63,846 nucleotides of DNA, filler included, from Limisphaerales bacterium (GCA_044225505.1; 3 parts of 3 records of this genome joined end to end with filler, not necessarily neighbours in it), one strand, 5' to 3'. Shown: positions 38,429 to 49,507, numbered from the whole stretch's first letter. Made by a program: numbers and translations. Notes: generated by a model not told the origin, from the sequence alone.

Positions 38429-39442
38429 ATGTCGAAAAAAGAAGTCTCCTCTCAGCCCGCCCCTCATTCACTGACAGAAGACGCTATTGGCGCCGCCGTT
38501 GAGCAGACCGGTGAGGTCTCAACCGAACCGTTCGCCGACAGTTGTCTGGCGGCCAAGAACGGCCGGAACCTGATCGACGTTCTTGCTGGATCCAAGCTAT
38601 ACCGAGAATACGAGCGGGCCTTCGTCGACGCTACGGGTGTGCCCCTGACGTTGAGGACGCCCGAATCCTGGCAACTGCCCTATCACGGAAAACGTGGTGA
38701 GAACCAATTTTGCGCCTTTCTGGCGGCTAAGAGCAGGTCGTGCGCGGCCTGTCTCCGAACGACCCAACGGCTTTCGCGGATCGCGGTCCAGCAAGCGGCA
38801 ACCGTCACGTGCGCGAGTGGTCTTTCCGAAACGGCCGTGCCTGTGCGGGTCGGTGACCGTGTCCTCGGTTTTCTTCAAACGGGGCAAGTATTTACGAAAC
38901 CGCCAACCGAGTCCCAGTTCGAGCGCACGGCCAGCCTGCTTCAGCAATGGGACGTTGCGGTCAAGAAAGAGCAACTTCGAGATGCGTATTTCAAAACCCG
39001 GGTGCTGACGACCGCGCAACAGCAGTCTCTCGTCTCGCTACTAACCATCTTTGGTCAGCACCTTTCGATGGTCGGAGACCAGATCGCCGTCTGGAAATCA
39101 CACGCCGAGCCGCCCGTCATTGCGCGAGCCCGCAGTTACATAATTGAGCACCAGAGCGAAGATCTTTCCTTGGGACAAGTGGCCAAAGCGGTGAATGCCA
39201 GCAGTTTCTACTTCTGCAAGCTCTTCAAGAAGTCAACCGGGATAAATTTTATCGATTACGTCTCCCAATTACGCATCGACAAGGCCAAGAACCTCTTGCT
39301 TAACCCCAACTGTCTCATCAGCGAGATTGCTTTCGAAGTCGGATTTCAGTCACTCACGCACTTCAACCGTGTTTTCAAGAAGATCACGGGACAATCGCCA
39401 TCGCGCTATCGAGCCCAACTGCCGGTCACCCGGGAGGGTTAA
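38429..39442 (+). CDS. PocR-domain AraC-family transcriptional regulator
   Basis: N-terminal NQFC..SCAAC..TCASG...VPV..G.LQTGQV; C-terminal AraC HTH ISEIAFEVGFQSLTHFNRVFKK. Confidence 0.9.
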   Translation: MSKKEVSSQPAPHSLTEDAIGAAVEQTGEVSTEPFADSCLAAKNGRNLIDVLAGSKLYREYERAFVDATGVPLTLRTPESWQLPYHGKRGENQFCAFLAAKSRSCAACLRTTQRLSRIAVQQAATVTCASGLSETAVPVRVGDRVLGFLQTGQVFTKPPTESQFERTASLLQQWDVAVKKEQLRDAYFKTRVLTTAQQQSLVSLLTIFGQHLSMVGDQIAVWKSHAEPPVIARARSYIIEHQSEDLSLGQVAKAVNASSFYFCKLFKKSTGINFIDYVSQLRIDKAKNLLLNPNCLISEIAFEVGFQSLTHFNRVFKKITGQSPSRYRAQLPVTREG

Positions 39443-39652
39443 GTGTCTGCTGGCAAGCGCCCTTGAGCCTTGCCGGAGTGGCGCCCGCCGCACCAAAATA
39501 CGGTTGGCACTCGACAAAATTGCGGTAGTGCTAAACCAGGCCTCGTTACATCGTTCTAGCGAGGACACTCAGGGAACTCCTCGGGCGCAGTATTCGTGAT
39601 CCTCAACTGGCGGCCAAAGCGGCCCACCGAAGGTGTTTTCTGGCGTAAGCCT

Positions 39653-41644
39653 ATGCGAGCCTCTCGCGACAAACTCCAGCCCGATCAGAGTCGGGCTCGC
39701 CCCCAACGGGTCGTGCCGCTTCCACCGGAAGCGACCGCCGTGAGCGCGTTGGACGACATCGTCGGGATGAGTGCCGATCAGCTCCGTGCGGAGCTGGCAC
39801 TGTCCCGCCGAGAAGTGGAATCGTTAAGGGCCGCCCTGAAACAGAGGGTTGCCCACGACGGGTCTCTAAACACTTTGGAAACGCGGCTCCGCATGGTGAT
39901 GGACGCGGCGAATCTTGGATTCTGGGATTGGGACCTTCAAACCAACGCAATCTATCGTTCCCCCGAGTGGAAACGGCAGCTGGGCTTTGAAGACCACGAA
40001 ATCAGCGACGCGATTGGAGAATGGCAAAACCGGCTGCATCCTGAAGATCGAACCCGTCTCGCCACGGTGATGCAGCGCGTTATGAAGGACCCGGAATCGG
40101 GCTTCGATCTGGAATTCCGGCTTCAGCACCGGGACGGTACCTACCGGTGGATTCGATCTCAGGGCAAGGTGCTCACAGAGAAAGGCAAACCAGTTCGGCT
40201 ATTGGGTGTTCACGTGGATGTCACGTCGAGCAAGCAACGAGAAGCGGATTTGCGCGAAAGCGAACAGCGTTTTCGACGATTGCTGGAGGCGGCTCCGATT
40301 ATACCCTGGGAAGCCGATGCACAAACTTGGCGATTCAGTTATGTCGGGCTGCGCGCCCAGTCGTTGCTGGGCTATCCGCTCACCGAATGGTTTGAACCGG
40401 AATTCTGGGTAAAGCACTTGCAGGCTGAAGGGCGAGACAGCGTCGTTGCGTTTCGCCGCGAACAGATTATGCACCGCGTCGACTTCGACTGCGAGTACGG
40501 GATGATCGCGCAAGATGGCAGGGTCGTTTGGTTTCACGACATTGTGCATGTCGTCCGCGGCGCTGGAGGGACTGAAAAACTTCAGGGATTCTTGGTCGAC
40601 ATTACCGAACGTAAGCGGGCTGCAGAAGACCACGGACGTTTGGCCGCAATCGTAGAGTCTTCCAACGACGCAATTATCGGCGAGACTCTGGACGGCATCA
40701 TCACCAGCTGGAACAAAAGCGCGGAGCGCATTTACGGGTATGCCGCCGCCGAAGCTCTAGGCCGCTCCGTACGAATGATCGTGCCCAAAGAGCGAGCTCA
40801 TGAAGTGACGCAGATTCTTAACCAGATGAAGCGCGGTGACGTCATTGAGCAGTTTGAAACTGTTCGAGTTCCGCGCGATGGCCGTCCAATCCACGTCTCA
40901 CTGATGGTCTCTCCAATTCGCGACGCCAACGGGGCGATCACGGGCGCATCGGCTATCGCGCGCGACATTACCGAACGCAAGCAACTTGAAGCTGAGGTGC
41001 TTCAGATCAGTGAACGTGAACAACAGCGCATCGCTCGCGACCTGCACGACGGTCTCGGGCAATTGCTCAGCGGCACCGTCCATCTGGCGAACGTCCTTCA
41101 ACTTGAACTGGCGGAACAGGCGCTTCCCGAAGCGGCTGAAGCTTCCCGCATTACGGAACTCCTGAACCAGGCCGTGACCGAAACGCGGAGTCTGGCCCGA
41201 GGGCTTTATCCGGTCCGGCCGGAAGCGAACGGTCTTCTGGTCGCGCTTGAGGAATTAGCTGCTCGGACCAAAGAACTGTTCAAGATTCGTTGCACCTTGG
41301 AATGTCGCAGCACCGTCCAGATTGGTGATAACACGGTGGCAAGCCACCTCTACCGTATTGCGCAAGAGGCCGTTAACAACGCCGTTAAGCACGGACAAGC
41401 ACGGCATATCCAATTAAGACTGACCGCCATCCCACAACGCTGGGTGCTGACCATCCGCGACGACGGGGTTGGGTTTCCTAGTCAACCAACCAGCCGCGGA
41501 GGAATGGGGATTCGTATCATGCAATACCGTGCGGGCATGATCGGAGGATCGTTGAAGATCGAACGAGGCTTGCGGCGTGGAGTTCGGGTCGTCTGCACGG
41601 TGCACCGACGATCATCGAAGCTCGTTGGCCGGACTCTCGCATGA
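39653..41644 (+). CDS. Cytoplasmic multi-PAS sensor histidine kinase (HisKA_3)
   Basis: Three PAS/PAC modules; EQQRIARDLHDGLGQ; QEAVNNAVKH; DDGVG. Confidence 0.93.
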   Translation: MRASRDKLQPDQSRARPQRVVPLPPEATAVSALDDIVGMSADQLRAELALSRREVESLRAALKQRVAHDGSLNTLETRLRMVMDAANLGFWDWDLQTNAIYRSPEWKRQLGFEDHEISDAIGEWQNRLHPEDRTRLATVMQRVMKDPESGFDLEFRLQHRDGTYRWIRSQGKVLTEKGKPVRLLGVHVDVTSSKQREADLRESEQRFRRLLEAAPIIPWEADAQTWRFSYVGLRAQSLLGYPLTEWFEPEFWVKHLQAEGRDSVVAFRREQIMHRVDFDCEYGMIAQDGRVVWFHDIVHVVRGAGGTEKLQGFLVDITERKRAAEDHGRLAAIVESSNDAIIGETLDGIITSWNKSAERIYGYAAAEALGRSVRMIVPKERAHEVTQILNQMKRGDVIEQFETVRVPRDGRPIHVSLMVSPIRDANGAITGASAIARDITERKQLEAEVLQISEREQQRIARDLHDGLGQLLSGTVHLANVLQLELAEQALPEAAEASRITELLNQAVTETRSLARGLYPVRPEANGLLVALEELAARTKELFKIRCTLECRSTVQIGDNTVASHLYRIAQEAVNNAVKHGQARHIQLRLTAIPQRWVLTIRDDGVGFPSQPTSRGGMGIRIMQYRAGMIGGSLKIERGLRRGVRVVCTVHRRSSKLVGRTLA

Positions 41645-42324
41645 CGTCCAACTTACTCAACGTTGGGAACGCTTCCCCGAAACGCAAAATCCTGATCGTA
41701 GATGATCATCCGATTTTTCGTGAGGGCCTGACTCAATCGATCAACCGCGAGCCAGATCTAACGGTCTGCGGTGATGTCGAAGACGCTGCACAGGCTCTGG
41801 ACGCACTTCACCGTTTGAAACCAGATTTGATCGTTCTCGACCTTACCCTACCTGGAAAGAGTGGATTGGAACTAATCAAGGACCTCCAAGCCTTGGCTCC
41901 AGACCTGGCTCTCCTCGTCGTATCAATGCATGACGAGTCGCTTTACGCATCACGCACCTTGCGTGCGGGTGCACGGGGTTATATTATGAAGCAGGAAAGC
42001 CCGCAGACATTGCTCCGAGCTATTCGGCTCGTGCTTGAGGGGCGGATCTACGTCAGCGATAAAATGTCCGCTCAGATACTTGAAAACTACTCCGGACGCC
42101 GTGCTTCAGGAAGTCACTCACCCATCGAACAATTAAGCGATCGCGAGTTCGAAATCTTTCATCTCATCGGCCAAGGACGCAGCAATCGAGCTATTGCTCA
42201 ACAGCTTCATCTCAGCTTGAAAACTGTCGCGGTGCATCAGGGGAACATTCGCCGCAAGATGAATCTGGCCAGCAGCGCCGATTTAATTCGTTTCGCGGTG
42301 CGCTGGGCTGAAGCGAGCGGATAA
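41641..42324 (+). CDS. NarL/LuxR-family response regulator
   Basis: VDDHP, LDLTLP, LSDRE HTH; overlaps the kinase stop (ATGA). Confidence 0.95.
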   Translation: MTSNLLNVGNASPKRKILIVDDHPIFREGLTQSINREPDLTVCGDVEDAAQALDALHRLKPDLIVLDLTLPGKSGLELIKDLQALAPDLALLVVSMHDESLYASRTLRAGARGYIMKQESPQTLLRAIRLVLEGRIYVSDKMSAQILENYSGRRASGSHSPIEQLSDREFEIFHLIGQGRSNRAIAQQLHLSLKTVAVHQGNIRRKMNLASSADLIRFAVRWAEASG

Positions 42325-42340
42325 AACCGACGCCGATCGG

Positions 42341-43984
42341 TCAGGGATCGTTCGGAAAGGACTTCGCCTTACACCCCGCGGAGGCTGGACTTACCGTGGG
42401 AGCATCTCGCAACACCAACGCCCCCGTCGGACAATGTTCAACACACTCTGCCGCGACTTTCTGCAGCCCTTCCGCAATGGAACGTCCGAAAGGCGCTGTC
42501 ACCCGCACGTCGAATCCACGCCCCACAAATGTCAGGCCTAAGGGTTCGCGCGCTCGTTCTGCCAGTTGCACGCAGATTCCGCAGAGAATGCATTTCCCGG
42601 GCTCGAAGATGACGTGTCCATCCTGCAGCTCTTGCTCAAACACGCGTCGCTGTTCCCGAAAACGACTCGGCTCTGCGCCGTAAAGCTCACCGTAGCGCTG
42701 GAGGGCACAATTCCCAACCGCGCGGCAGTCACAATGCAGGCATCGGCCTGCCTCTTGCTGTGCGAGCGCACCTGATCCCGGGCCACAAGTTGCACAAAAC
42801 AAATTCGCTCGTGGCCCAGCGCCCGCGTGCTTTAAGAACAACTCCACCTCCACTTTCTCCACCCGGCCCATGATACTGGAGAAAGTCTTTTCCTTGGATT
42901 GGAACTCCTGCCCGCTCAGGTAGCGATCGATTTGTTCGGCTGCGGCCCGGCCCTCGGCCATCGCACGGACAAGTTGAGCGACTCGCTTTACCGCGCTGCC
43001 AGCCGCAAATACATTGGACGCATTGGCGACGCTGGCCTGATAAGTCAAAGGATCCGCTTTGATCCCATTCCCCGCGAGGGTCACCCCAAAATTGGTCCCT
43101 TCTCCTGGACTCAACTCGCCCACCGTCAACAGCACGGCATCGAAGCCCCGCTGCAAACCATCCAAAGTTACGACGGTGCCAAACTCAACGCCCAGCTTCA
43201 GATTTAAACCCCAACGGCGCAGCTGAGCCAGTTCCGCATCAAGTATCTCTCGAGGCAGCAACTGGGCGTCAACCTTGGTGCGAAGGGCCCCACCCGCCTC
43301 GGACTGACGGTCCACAACGGTGCACGAGTGCCCTTGCTGAAGAAGCGTAAACGCGGCAGAAAGCCCGGCGGGACCCGACCCAACCACTACCACGGACTTC
43401 CGCGTCGCCATCTTGCGGTGTGGCAGTTCATCGGATCCCTGGCGCAAATCGGTGTCCGCCACGTGCCGCTCCAGATCGCGAATGGCTGCGGGTTGATCCC
43501 ACACTGACCGTCGGCAGCCGTTCTCGCAGGGATGATGACACAGGCGGCCCAAAACTGCGGGGAGAGGAAGTGCGCTCCGAACTGTGCGCGCCGCCTCGGC
43601 GAGCTGGCCGTGCTCCACCTGTCGCAGCATCACGGGTATATTCAGGTGCAAAGGACAGATGCGATGGCACGGCGAGAGACAATCGCCGACATGATCGCTT
43701 AGCAACAGTTCCAACGCTGTTCGGCGAGCGGCGTGCACTTCCGTCGTTTCGCTTTCGATGACCATCCCAGGTTGAACAAGTGTCGCGCAGGATGGCACCA
43801 TCCGTGCCGCGCCTGCGCTCTGAACCTTGACCAAGCACACTAAACACGAAGTGGCTGGAGTGCACTTCTCCAGAAAGCAAAGCGTTGGAATGTCCAGGCC
43901 GATCTGGCGGGCCGCTTGAAGAACCGTGCTGCCCGCAGCGATCTGGACAGGTCGACCGTCGATCGTTAGAGAGACCAAGTTCAT
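42341..43984 (-). CDS. Fe-S flavoprotein: NuoG-like 2Fe-2S N-terminus + GltD-like Fe-S/FAD region + 4Fe-4S ferredoxin C-terminus
   Basis: IPTLC..CLVC..PSC, HVGDC, GRLCHHPCENGC, GSGPAG, EAGRCLHCDC, KCILCGICV, CPTGAL. Confidence 0.88.
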   Translation of the reverse strand: MNLVSLTIDGRPVQIAAGSTVLQAARQIGLDIPTLCFLEKCTPATSCLVCLVKVQSAGAARMVPSCATLVQPGMVIESETTEVHAARRTALELLLSDHVGDCLSPCHRICPLHLNIPVMLRQVEHGQLAEAARTVRSALPLPAVLGRLCHHPCENGCRRSVWDQPAAIRDLERHVADTDLRQGSDELPHRKMATRKSVVVVGSGPAGLSAAFTLLQQGHSCTVVDRQSEAGGALRTKVDAQLLPREILDAELAQLRRWGLNLKLGVEFGTVVTLDGLQRGFDAVLLTVGELSPGEGTNFGVTLAGNGIKADPLTYQASVANASNVFAAGSAVKRVAQLVRAMAEGRAAAEQIDRYLSGQEFQSKEKTFSSIMGRVEKVEVELFLKHAGAGPRANLFCATCGPGSGALAQQEAGRCLHCDCRAVGNCALQRYGELYGAEPSRFREQRRVFEQELQDGHVIFEPGKCILCGICVQLAERAREPLGLTFVGRGFDVRVTAPFGRSIAEGLQKVAAECVEHCPTGALVLRDAPTVSPASAGCKAKSFPNDP

Positions 43985-46332
43985 GAGATTACAACGGCCT
44001 TCACCGGGCAGACCTGACGACAGGAATCGCACTTCGTGCACAGGTCCTGCTCGATCAAGTGCTGTCGATACGGCGTGAGCGGGATCGCCTTTACTGGACA
44101 GGCCTGCGCACAGAGGGTGCAGCCGGTGCACGACTCCGTGATCCGATAGGAAACTAGCGCGTGACAGCGTCCAGCTGGACAACGGCCCTGCAAATGCGCT
44201 TCGTACTCCTCCGGAAAGTAGCGCAGCGTTGTTAACACCGGGTTAGGCGCGGTCTTCCCCAAACCGCACAACGAACCTTGGTTCACCTGCAGTGCGAGTT
44301 CTCGCAGTTCGTCCAAATGCTGGCGTTGGGCTTTCCCAGCGCAGAGTCGCTCAAGGATGCCCAACATTCGCTTGGTGCCGACGCGGCAGAAGGTGCATTT
44401 CCCGCAGGACTGCTCCTGCGTGAATTGCAGAAAGTAGCGCGCAATGTCGACCATGCAGTCGGAGTCGTCGAGCACGACTAACCCTCCCGAGCCCATAATA
44501 GCGCCGACGTCCCGGAGTGACTCGTAGTCTACGGGCGTATCCGCCAAACGCGCGGGCACACACCCCCCTGAAGGACCCCCAATTTGCACCGCTTTGAATC
44601 TGCGTCCGGGCGGCACGCCCCCACCAATCTCTTCCACAATCTCGCGGATCGTTGTGCCCATCGGAACCTCGATCAAACCTCCTCGGACGACTTTTCCAGC
44701 CAGGGCAAAGACCTTGGTCCCTTTGCTTTGACGCGTCCCATAACGACAGAACTGTTCTGGCCCGTGCCGGAGAATCCAAGGAACTAATGCCAGCGTCTCG
44801 ACATTGTTGATTAGAGTTGGGTGATTCCACAGACCTGACTGCGCGGGAAAGGGCGGGCGAAGGCGCGGCATGCCTCGCCGCCCTTCGATCGATGCGATCA
44901 ACGCCGTTTCCTCGCCACAGACAAACGCACCTGCGCCCTGTCGAATGGTCATTCGAAAGGGATAGTCTGTCCCCAACAGCTTTTCCCCAAGCCAGCCCCT
45001 CTCTTCGCAAGCGGTAATGGCCGCTTGAATGCGTCGCACAGCCAAAGGGTACTCGTGGCGGATGTAGAATATTCCCTCGTGCGCTCCCACAGCCACAGCG
45101 GCAATCGCCATACCTTCGATCACGCGGTAAGGAAAGGACTCAAGGATCATCCGGTCCATGAACGCGCCAGGATCCCCTTCGTCGCCATTGCAAATAACAT
45201 ATTTAACACCCGCTGGCTGCTGACGGACCATCCGCCACTTCGCGCCCGTTGAAAATCCAGCTCCGCCCCGGCCACGCAGACCGGATTTTTCAATTACCTC
45301 CAACACTTCCTCCGCTTTTAATTCTCCAAGGCACCGGCGCAAGCCGGCGAATCCGTCATGCGCCAGATACTCGTCCAAATCTAACGGATCCAGCTTGCCG
45401 AAGTGCTCGGTGGCAATGTGAACCTGCTTTCCCAGGAACGCCTGAACGGACGGATCTCTCAAACTCATGGAGAAGCGTGAGACATCTTGCTCGCCATCGT
45501 CCAACAGTAACCCATCCATCGCCCGCGCCCATACCCCGCGAAACCGCCCCAGCCATTTGCCAGCCCGGAAGTGCCGCTGCAGCAGGGAAGGAGCGAGCCC
45601 CGGAGTCAAGTCAGCGTAGAATGTTGGCTGATCTCCGGCGGCGGCAACTTCGAGCATAGGCGTGCGGTGGCACATGCCCACGCAACCCACGCGTTTGACC
45701 CGAACGGGCGAGCCGCTCTCCTGGACCAGCTTGGTCAACTCCTGATATAACCGGTCACTTCCCTTGGCCATGCAGCACGAGCCCAAGCCAACGTTGATCT
45801 GACTGATCTGCTGCAATCTGGGCCGGATTTTTTCCAGGCTTTCCAACGATTCTTTCCGCTCCGGGCGAGTCAGGAAATCCCGCACGGTCGCCGGCACTTT
45901 TTCAACGGTGACATGTCCGCGAGTGTGACCGTTCATCTGGACGACAGGGGCTAAGGTACAGCACCCCAGACACGCCACGGACTCGATCGTGAACTGCCGC
46001 TCCGGATCCGTGTCGGTGCCTGGCGGGATTTTCAGATGACGACGCAGGGCATCCTCAACGCGTTCCGCGCCTGTGACATGACACGCCGTTCCTCGGCAGA
46101 CCCGGAAGATGTTTTTGCCCACTGGCTGATGCCGAAACATGTCGTAGAAGCTCGCCACACCCTCCAGATTGGCCGGCGTAATCTCGGTCTTGGCACAAAC
46201 ATGTTCCAGAACTTCAGAAGGCAAATACCCGTAGTGCTCCTGGATCGCCTGGAGGATCGGCAGGACCGCGTCCGGAGTTCGTCCGGAGCTTTGAACAATT
46301 CGATCTGCGATTTTGAAGTCGGTGTCAGTCAT
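43981..46332 (-). CDS. NuoE-NuoF (HydC-HydB/HoxEF-like) fusion NAD(H)-dependent flavo-Fe-S subunit
   Basis: CRGTAC..CLGCC; thioredoxin-like 2Fe-2S; GLRGRGGAGF; NGDEGDPGAFMDR; GAFVCGEET; CGKCTFCR; two C-terminal 4Fe-4S motifs. Confidence 0.93.
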   Translation of the reverse strand: MTDTDFKIADRIVQSSGRTPDAVLPILQAIQEHYGYLPSEVLEHVCAKTEITPANLEGVASFYDMFRHQPVGKNIFRVCRGTACHVTGAERVEDALRRHLKIPPGTDTDPERQFTIESVACLGCCTLAPVVQMNGHTRGHVTVEKVPATVRDFLTRPERKESLESLEKIRPRLQQISQINVGLGSCCMAKGSDRLYQELTKLVQESGSPVRVKRVGCVGMCHRTPMLEVAAAGDQPTFYADLTPGLAPSLLQRHFRAGKWLGRFRGVWARAMDGLLLDDGEQDVSRFSMSLRDPSVQAFLGKQVHIATEHFGKLDPLDLDEYLAHDGFAGLRRCLGELKAEEVLEVIEKSGLRGRGGAGFSTGAKWRMVRQQPAGVKYVICNGDEGDPGAFMDRMILESFPYRVIEGMAIAAVAVGAHEGIFYIRHEYPLAVRRIQAAITACEERGWLGEKLLGTDYPFRMTIRQGAGAFVCGEETALIASIEGRRGMPRLRPPFPAQSGLWNHPTLINNVETLALVPWILRHGPEQFCRYGTRQSKGTKVFALAGKVVRGGLIEVPMGTTIREIVEEIGGGVPPGRRFKAVQIGGPSGGCVPARLADTPVDYESLRDVGAIMGSGGLVVLDDSDCMVDIARYFLQFTQEQSCGKCTFCRVGTKRMLGILERLCAGKAQRQHLDELRELALQVNQGSLCGLGKTAPNPVLTTLRYFPEEYEAHLQGRCPAGRCHALVSYRITESCTGCTLCAQACPVKAIPLTPYRQHLIEQDLCTKCDSCRQVCPVKAVVIS

Positions 46333-48134
46333 GGATCGTGAGCGACGGATGCCAGCTTCTCCTCATTTCCAATACGAAAGAGATGTTTGCTGCCTCGGAC
46401 GAAGATGCTTCCTCCCACAAACGCCGGACTGGCAAACACACCTTCAGACAAATTATTCCTGGCAAGTTCCCGATAAGTCGGCCCTGCCTCGACAACTAGC
46501 GCGAGGCCCTTGATTCCGAAGATATAGACACGCCCTGCGGCCACACTGGGAGTGGATTGGCATTCAAAACCTAACTCCTTTTCCCATAGCTTTCGTCCGG
46601 TCTTGGCGTCGACGCATGTGGCTACTCCCGGGGTGCTGACGGTGACGACAACCTGTCCATCGCTCGCTGGACTGCTGATGTCTGGCACATTGTCTTCCGT
46701 CGACCAGACGACATGGGTCTTGGTCACATCCCCGTGGCCGGTCGGGTCAACCGCCATCAGCTTTTCATTTGGGCTGACAACTAGAACACGGCCTCCGGAC
46801 AATGCCGGCGATGGAGTGACTTCGTTATTCAACCCCTCCGCTCGCCACAGCTCAGCCCCATCTTGCGCCGCATAAGAGATCACCCAAGGCACTCCCAAAG
46901 TAATAATCTGAGCCGAGCCTGCGGAGTGGAGAACGACCGGTGTCGCCCACGAGCTTGGCACTGCGCGCGGTCGTTGCCAGAGAACACGCCCTGTCCGACC
47001 GTCGAACGCGGACAGTTTGGACAGCTTTTCGTCAGATTCTCCCTGGTCAAGCTGCACAATCACGGTCCCTTTCCAGGTCGCCAACGAGGCCGCATGCCCG
47101 TGGGGATTCTTGGGAACACCCAGGTTTTTCGCCCAGATCACTTTCCCATCCAAATCGAGAGCGCCCAAATCGCCGTTGGCGAATATCACGTAGACCCGGC
47201 GGCCATCCGTTGCCATGGTCGACGGAGCATACCCGGTATGCTCGGGAATTTCGGCAGCCTGCGCCGCTCCGGGTCCCGTGACCGTCACCGGCCGATGCCA
47301 GAGCAGTGCTCCCTGATGCGCGGAATAGCAGTAGACCTCGCGCCGCGCGGCGTCGCCGCCGGAAACCAGCACTCGATCCCGCCAAACAATCGGCGAATTG
47401 AAACCCGTCACAGGAACTTCCACCTTCCAGACGATTCCAGTTCCGGACGTCGCGTCCCAAACCAGCGGGGCGTTGGTCTCCGCGGTGAAACTGTTGCCGA
47501 GCGCACCGAGAAATCGAGGCCAGTTCTGTTCCAGCTCGTCCATGGTCGCGAAATCGTCTCCCGCGACAGCCGGTGCAGCATCGCGTGCCGGCAATAAAGC
47601 CGCGAGGGCGTTCGAACGTTGGGCCAGAGGCGCTGGCCCCATCATTACCAAGGTCCCTCCTGACAGCAGGAAAACCAATCCCACGGCGGCAGTCGACCAC
47701 CGGGATCGGACAGCCGCTTGTTCCAGATCGGCCTCCGTAAAAGGTGCTCGGAAGGCCCAAACGGGTGTGCGAAGTCGCCTGGCTTGCCGCGATGCCAAAA
47801 TTAGAATAGCGACTCCCCCTAGCGCCAGCCAAGCCCCGGATCGATGCACGAAGAGCTGTTGGAAATAGCGCTGGCGTAATTGCAGATCCAGGACCCGGAT
47901 CTTCTCCAGAAGCACCTGATTCTTCGGCTCCGCTCGAAGCTGCTCTTGCAATGCCGCCAACGGCTGGGAATGGAGCGGGTCTTCGCGCTTGGCCAGTTGG
48001 CGCTGAACCAACATGACAACACCGACAATACCAGCAAAGAGAGCGGCCACGAGCGCCGTCCGCCATAGAGTCACAGCCAAAGACGTCGTCAAGTCCGTCG
48101 TGGCCTGCGCGGGTTGCGTGACGGAACCACTCAT
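46329..48134 (-). CDS. Membrane-anchored PQQ/BamB-like beta-propeller protein
   Basis: Three N-terminal TM helices; NWPRFLG; repeated SP/TP and G..LW blades. Confidence 0.85.
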   Translation of the reverse strand: MSGSVTQPAQATTDLTTSLAVTLWRTALVAALFAGIVGVVMLVQRQLAKREDPLHSQPLAALQEQLRAEPKNQVLLEKIRVLDLQLRQRYFQQLFVHRSGAWLALGGVAILILASRQARRLRTPVWAFRAPFTEADLEQAAVRSRWSTAAVGLVFLLSGGTLVMMGPAPLAQRSNALAALLPARDAAPAVAGDDFATMDELEQNWPRFLGALGNSFTAETNAPLVWDATSGTGIVWKVEVPVTGFNSPIVWRDRVLVSGGDAARREVYCYSAHQGALLWHRPVTVTGPGAAQAAEIPEHTGYAPSTMATDGRRVYVIFANGDLGALDLDGKVIWAKNLGVPKNPHGHAASLATWKGTVIVQLDQGESDEKLSKLSAFDGRTGRVLWQRPRAVPSSWATPVVLHSAGSAQIITLGVPWVISYAAQDGAELWRAEGLNNEVTPSPALSGGRVLVVSPNEKLMAVDPTGHGDVTKTHVVWSTEDNVPDISSPASDGQVVVTVSTPGVATCVDAKTGRKLWEKELGFECQSTPSVAAGRVYIFGIKGLALVVEAGPTYRELARNNLSEGVFASPAFVGGSIFVRGSKHLFRIGNEEKLASVAHDP

Positions 48135-49507
48135 AATTCGCTCAAACGCTGATTCCAAGAACGGGCGATCGCGCCCGTCCCGGCCGGTATCGGCTCAGAC
48201 CCACCCGGTCCCGTAACCGCGGCCGAGCCACATCGTAACCGTTCACTCGGACAGGCTGTAAAGCATCGGGCGCAAGCTAAACACCCGCCACGATCGGGCT
48301 GATAGTCCGTTCGTTTGTAACGCAACGAAAGGAAGACAAGCTTGAGGCCGATAACCAAGCTGGCCCAAGCCCCAAAAGCGCCTCCAGCCCACCGAAACTT
48401 CTGCTGTACAGCCATGGCTTGCCGCACCAGCGCCGTCGGATCCTGCTCAGCACGACTCAGGGCCAAAGCTCCAGCCGTCTGCGGTGCGAATCCGGCTGGC
48501 TGCTGTTTCGCACGGAGATAGGTTTCGCTCAAGGCGACGGCGGGATGTAATTGAGACGCGAGCGGACTTAAACGCACTCCCAGCCATGTTCCAGCGCTGA
48601 TGAACGGAACGAGCCCAATCAAGATCCAGGCTAAACGCCGACGATCACGGCCAAGCCTTTCAGCGGTCATGGCGGATTGGACCGGATACTGAATCGCGTT
48701 GTATGGGCAGGAATCTTCACAAAGCCGGCATTGGGTGCACGTATCCGGCGTAATGCTGACGCGCCATTTGGAGACCGTCGAAGCCATGCGCAACAGAGCT
48801 CCGTACGGACAGAGGAATCGGCAATAGGGACGCCCGACAAAAATCCCCGCGAGCAACAGCGCCGCGCCGCTCACCACCATCCCAATGCTCCCGCTCATGC
48901 GAAACAATGGCACGAACGGATCATACCTACAGATCACCCAGGCACTCCCCGTGGCGGCAAACATGACCCCAGCGCCCAAATACAGGAACGGCAAAACTCC
49001 CAAGCCATGCTCGAGCCAGGGGGGCACCCGAATGGGTCTCAGCAGCACCAGGTCCTGTAATGCGCCGTGCGGGCAAACCGCTGCACAAAAGGCTCGGCCC
49101 GCAAACAAGGCCACGACCAGGGGGAGGAGAAAAAAAGCCAGCGCCGTCAGCGGAATGGCATAAGCACTATCGAATAGTCCGCGGGTCACATTCTGAATGG
49201 AACCAATCGCGCAGATGCACCCCTGGCGGTAGAAGCCAAAATACAAGACAGAGCCGAGGGATAAGCCCATGACCCAGCGCCGCGATCTCTTTCGAAAAAT
49301 CGCATCACAAGCCAAGCCAAGTCCGACAGCGAGAACAACCACGTCGAGATACTGCAGCGCCAAACTCCGCGGTAGTGGAGTTTGGGTCGCCGGAAGCTTG
49401 TAGCCACTTTCGAAATCAGGCGGCGGAAAGCGCTGCTCAGCCACGAGCCCTTCGGTGACGAACCACGAGAAGAGCAACATCAGGAGAATAGCAAAGCGCG
49501 CGCGCAT
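48131..49507 (-). CDS. Polytopic membrane 4Fe-4S protein (NapH/MauN/NosR-like)
   Basis: GCIC.IG, GRAFCAAVCPHG, RPYCRFLCPYG, CTQCRLCEDSCP, CLACARCFTACP. Confidence 0.88.
   Translation of the reverse strand: MRARFAILLMLLFSWFVTEGLVAEQRFPPPDFESGYKLPATQTPLPRSLALQYLDVVVLAVGLGLACDAIFRKRSRRWVMGLSLGSVLYFGFYRQGCICAIGSIQNVTRGLFDSAYAIPLTALAFFLLPLVVALFAGRAFCAAVCPHGALQDLVLLRPIRVPPWLEHGLGVLPFLYLGAGVMFAATGSAWVICRYDPFVPLFRMSGSIGMVVSGAALLLAGIFVGRPYCRFLCPYGALLRMASTVSKWRVSITPDTCTQCRLCEDSCPYNAIQYPVQSAMTAERLGRDRRRLAWILIGLVPFISAGTWLGVRLSPLASQLHPAVALSETYLRAKQQPAGFAPQTAGALALSRAEQDPTALVRQAMAVQQKFRWAGGAFGAWASLVIGLKLVFLSLRYKRTDYQPDRGGCLACARCFTACPSERLRCGSAAVTGPGGSEPIPAGTGAIARSWNQRLSEL

Noticed and set aside
43981..46332. 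Respiratory complex I nuoEF call
   Set aside because: No other nuo genes; motifs and the extra Fe-S domains are HydB-like.
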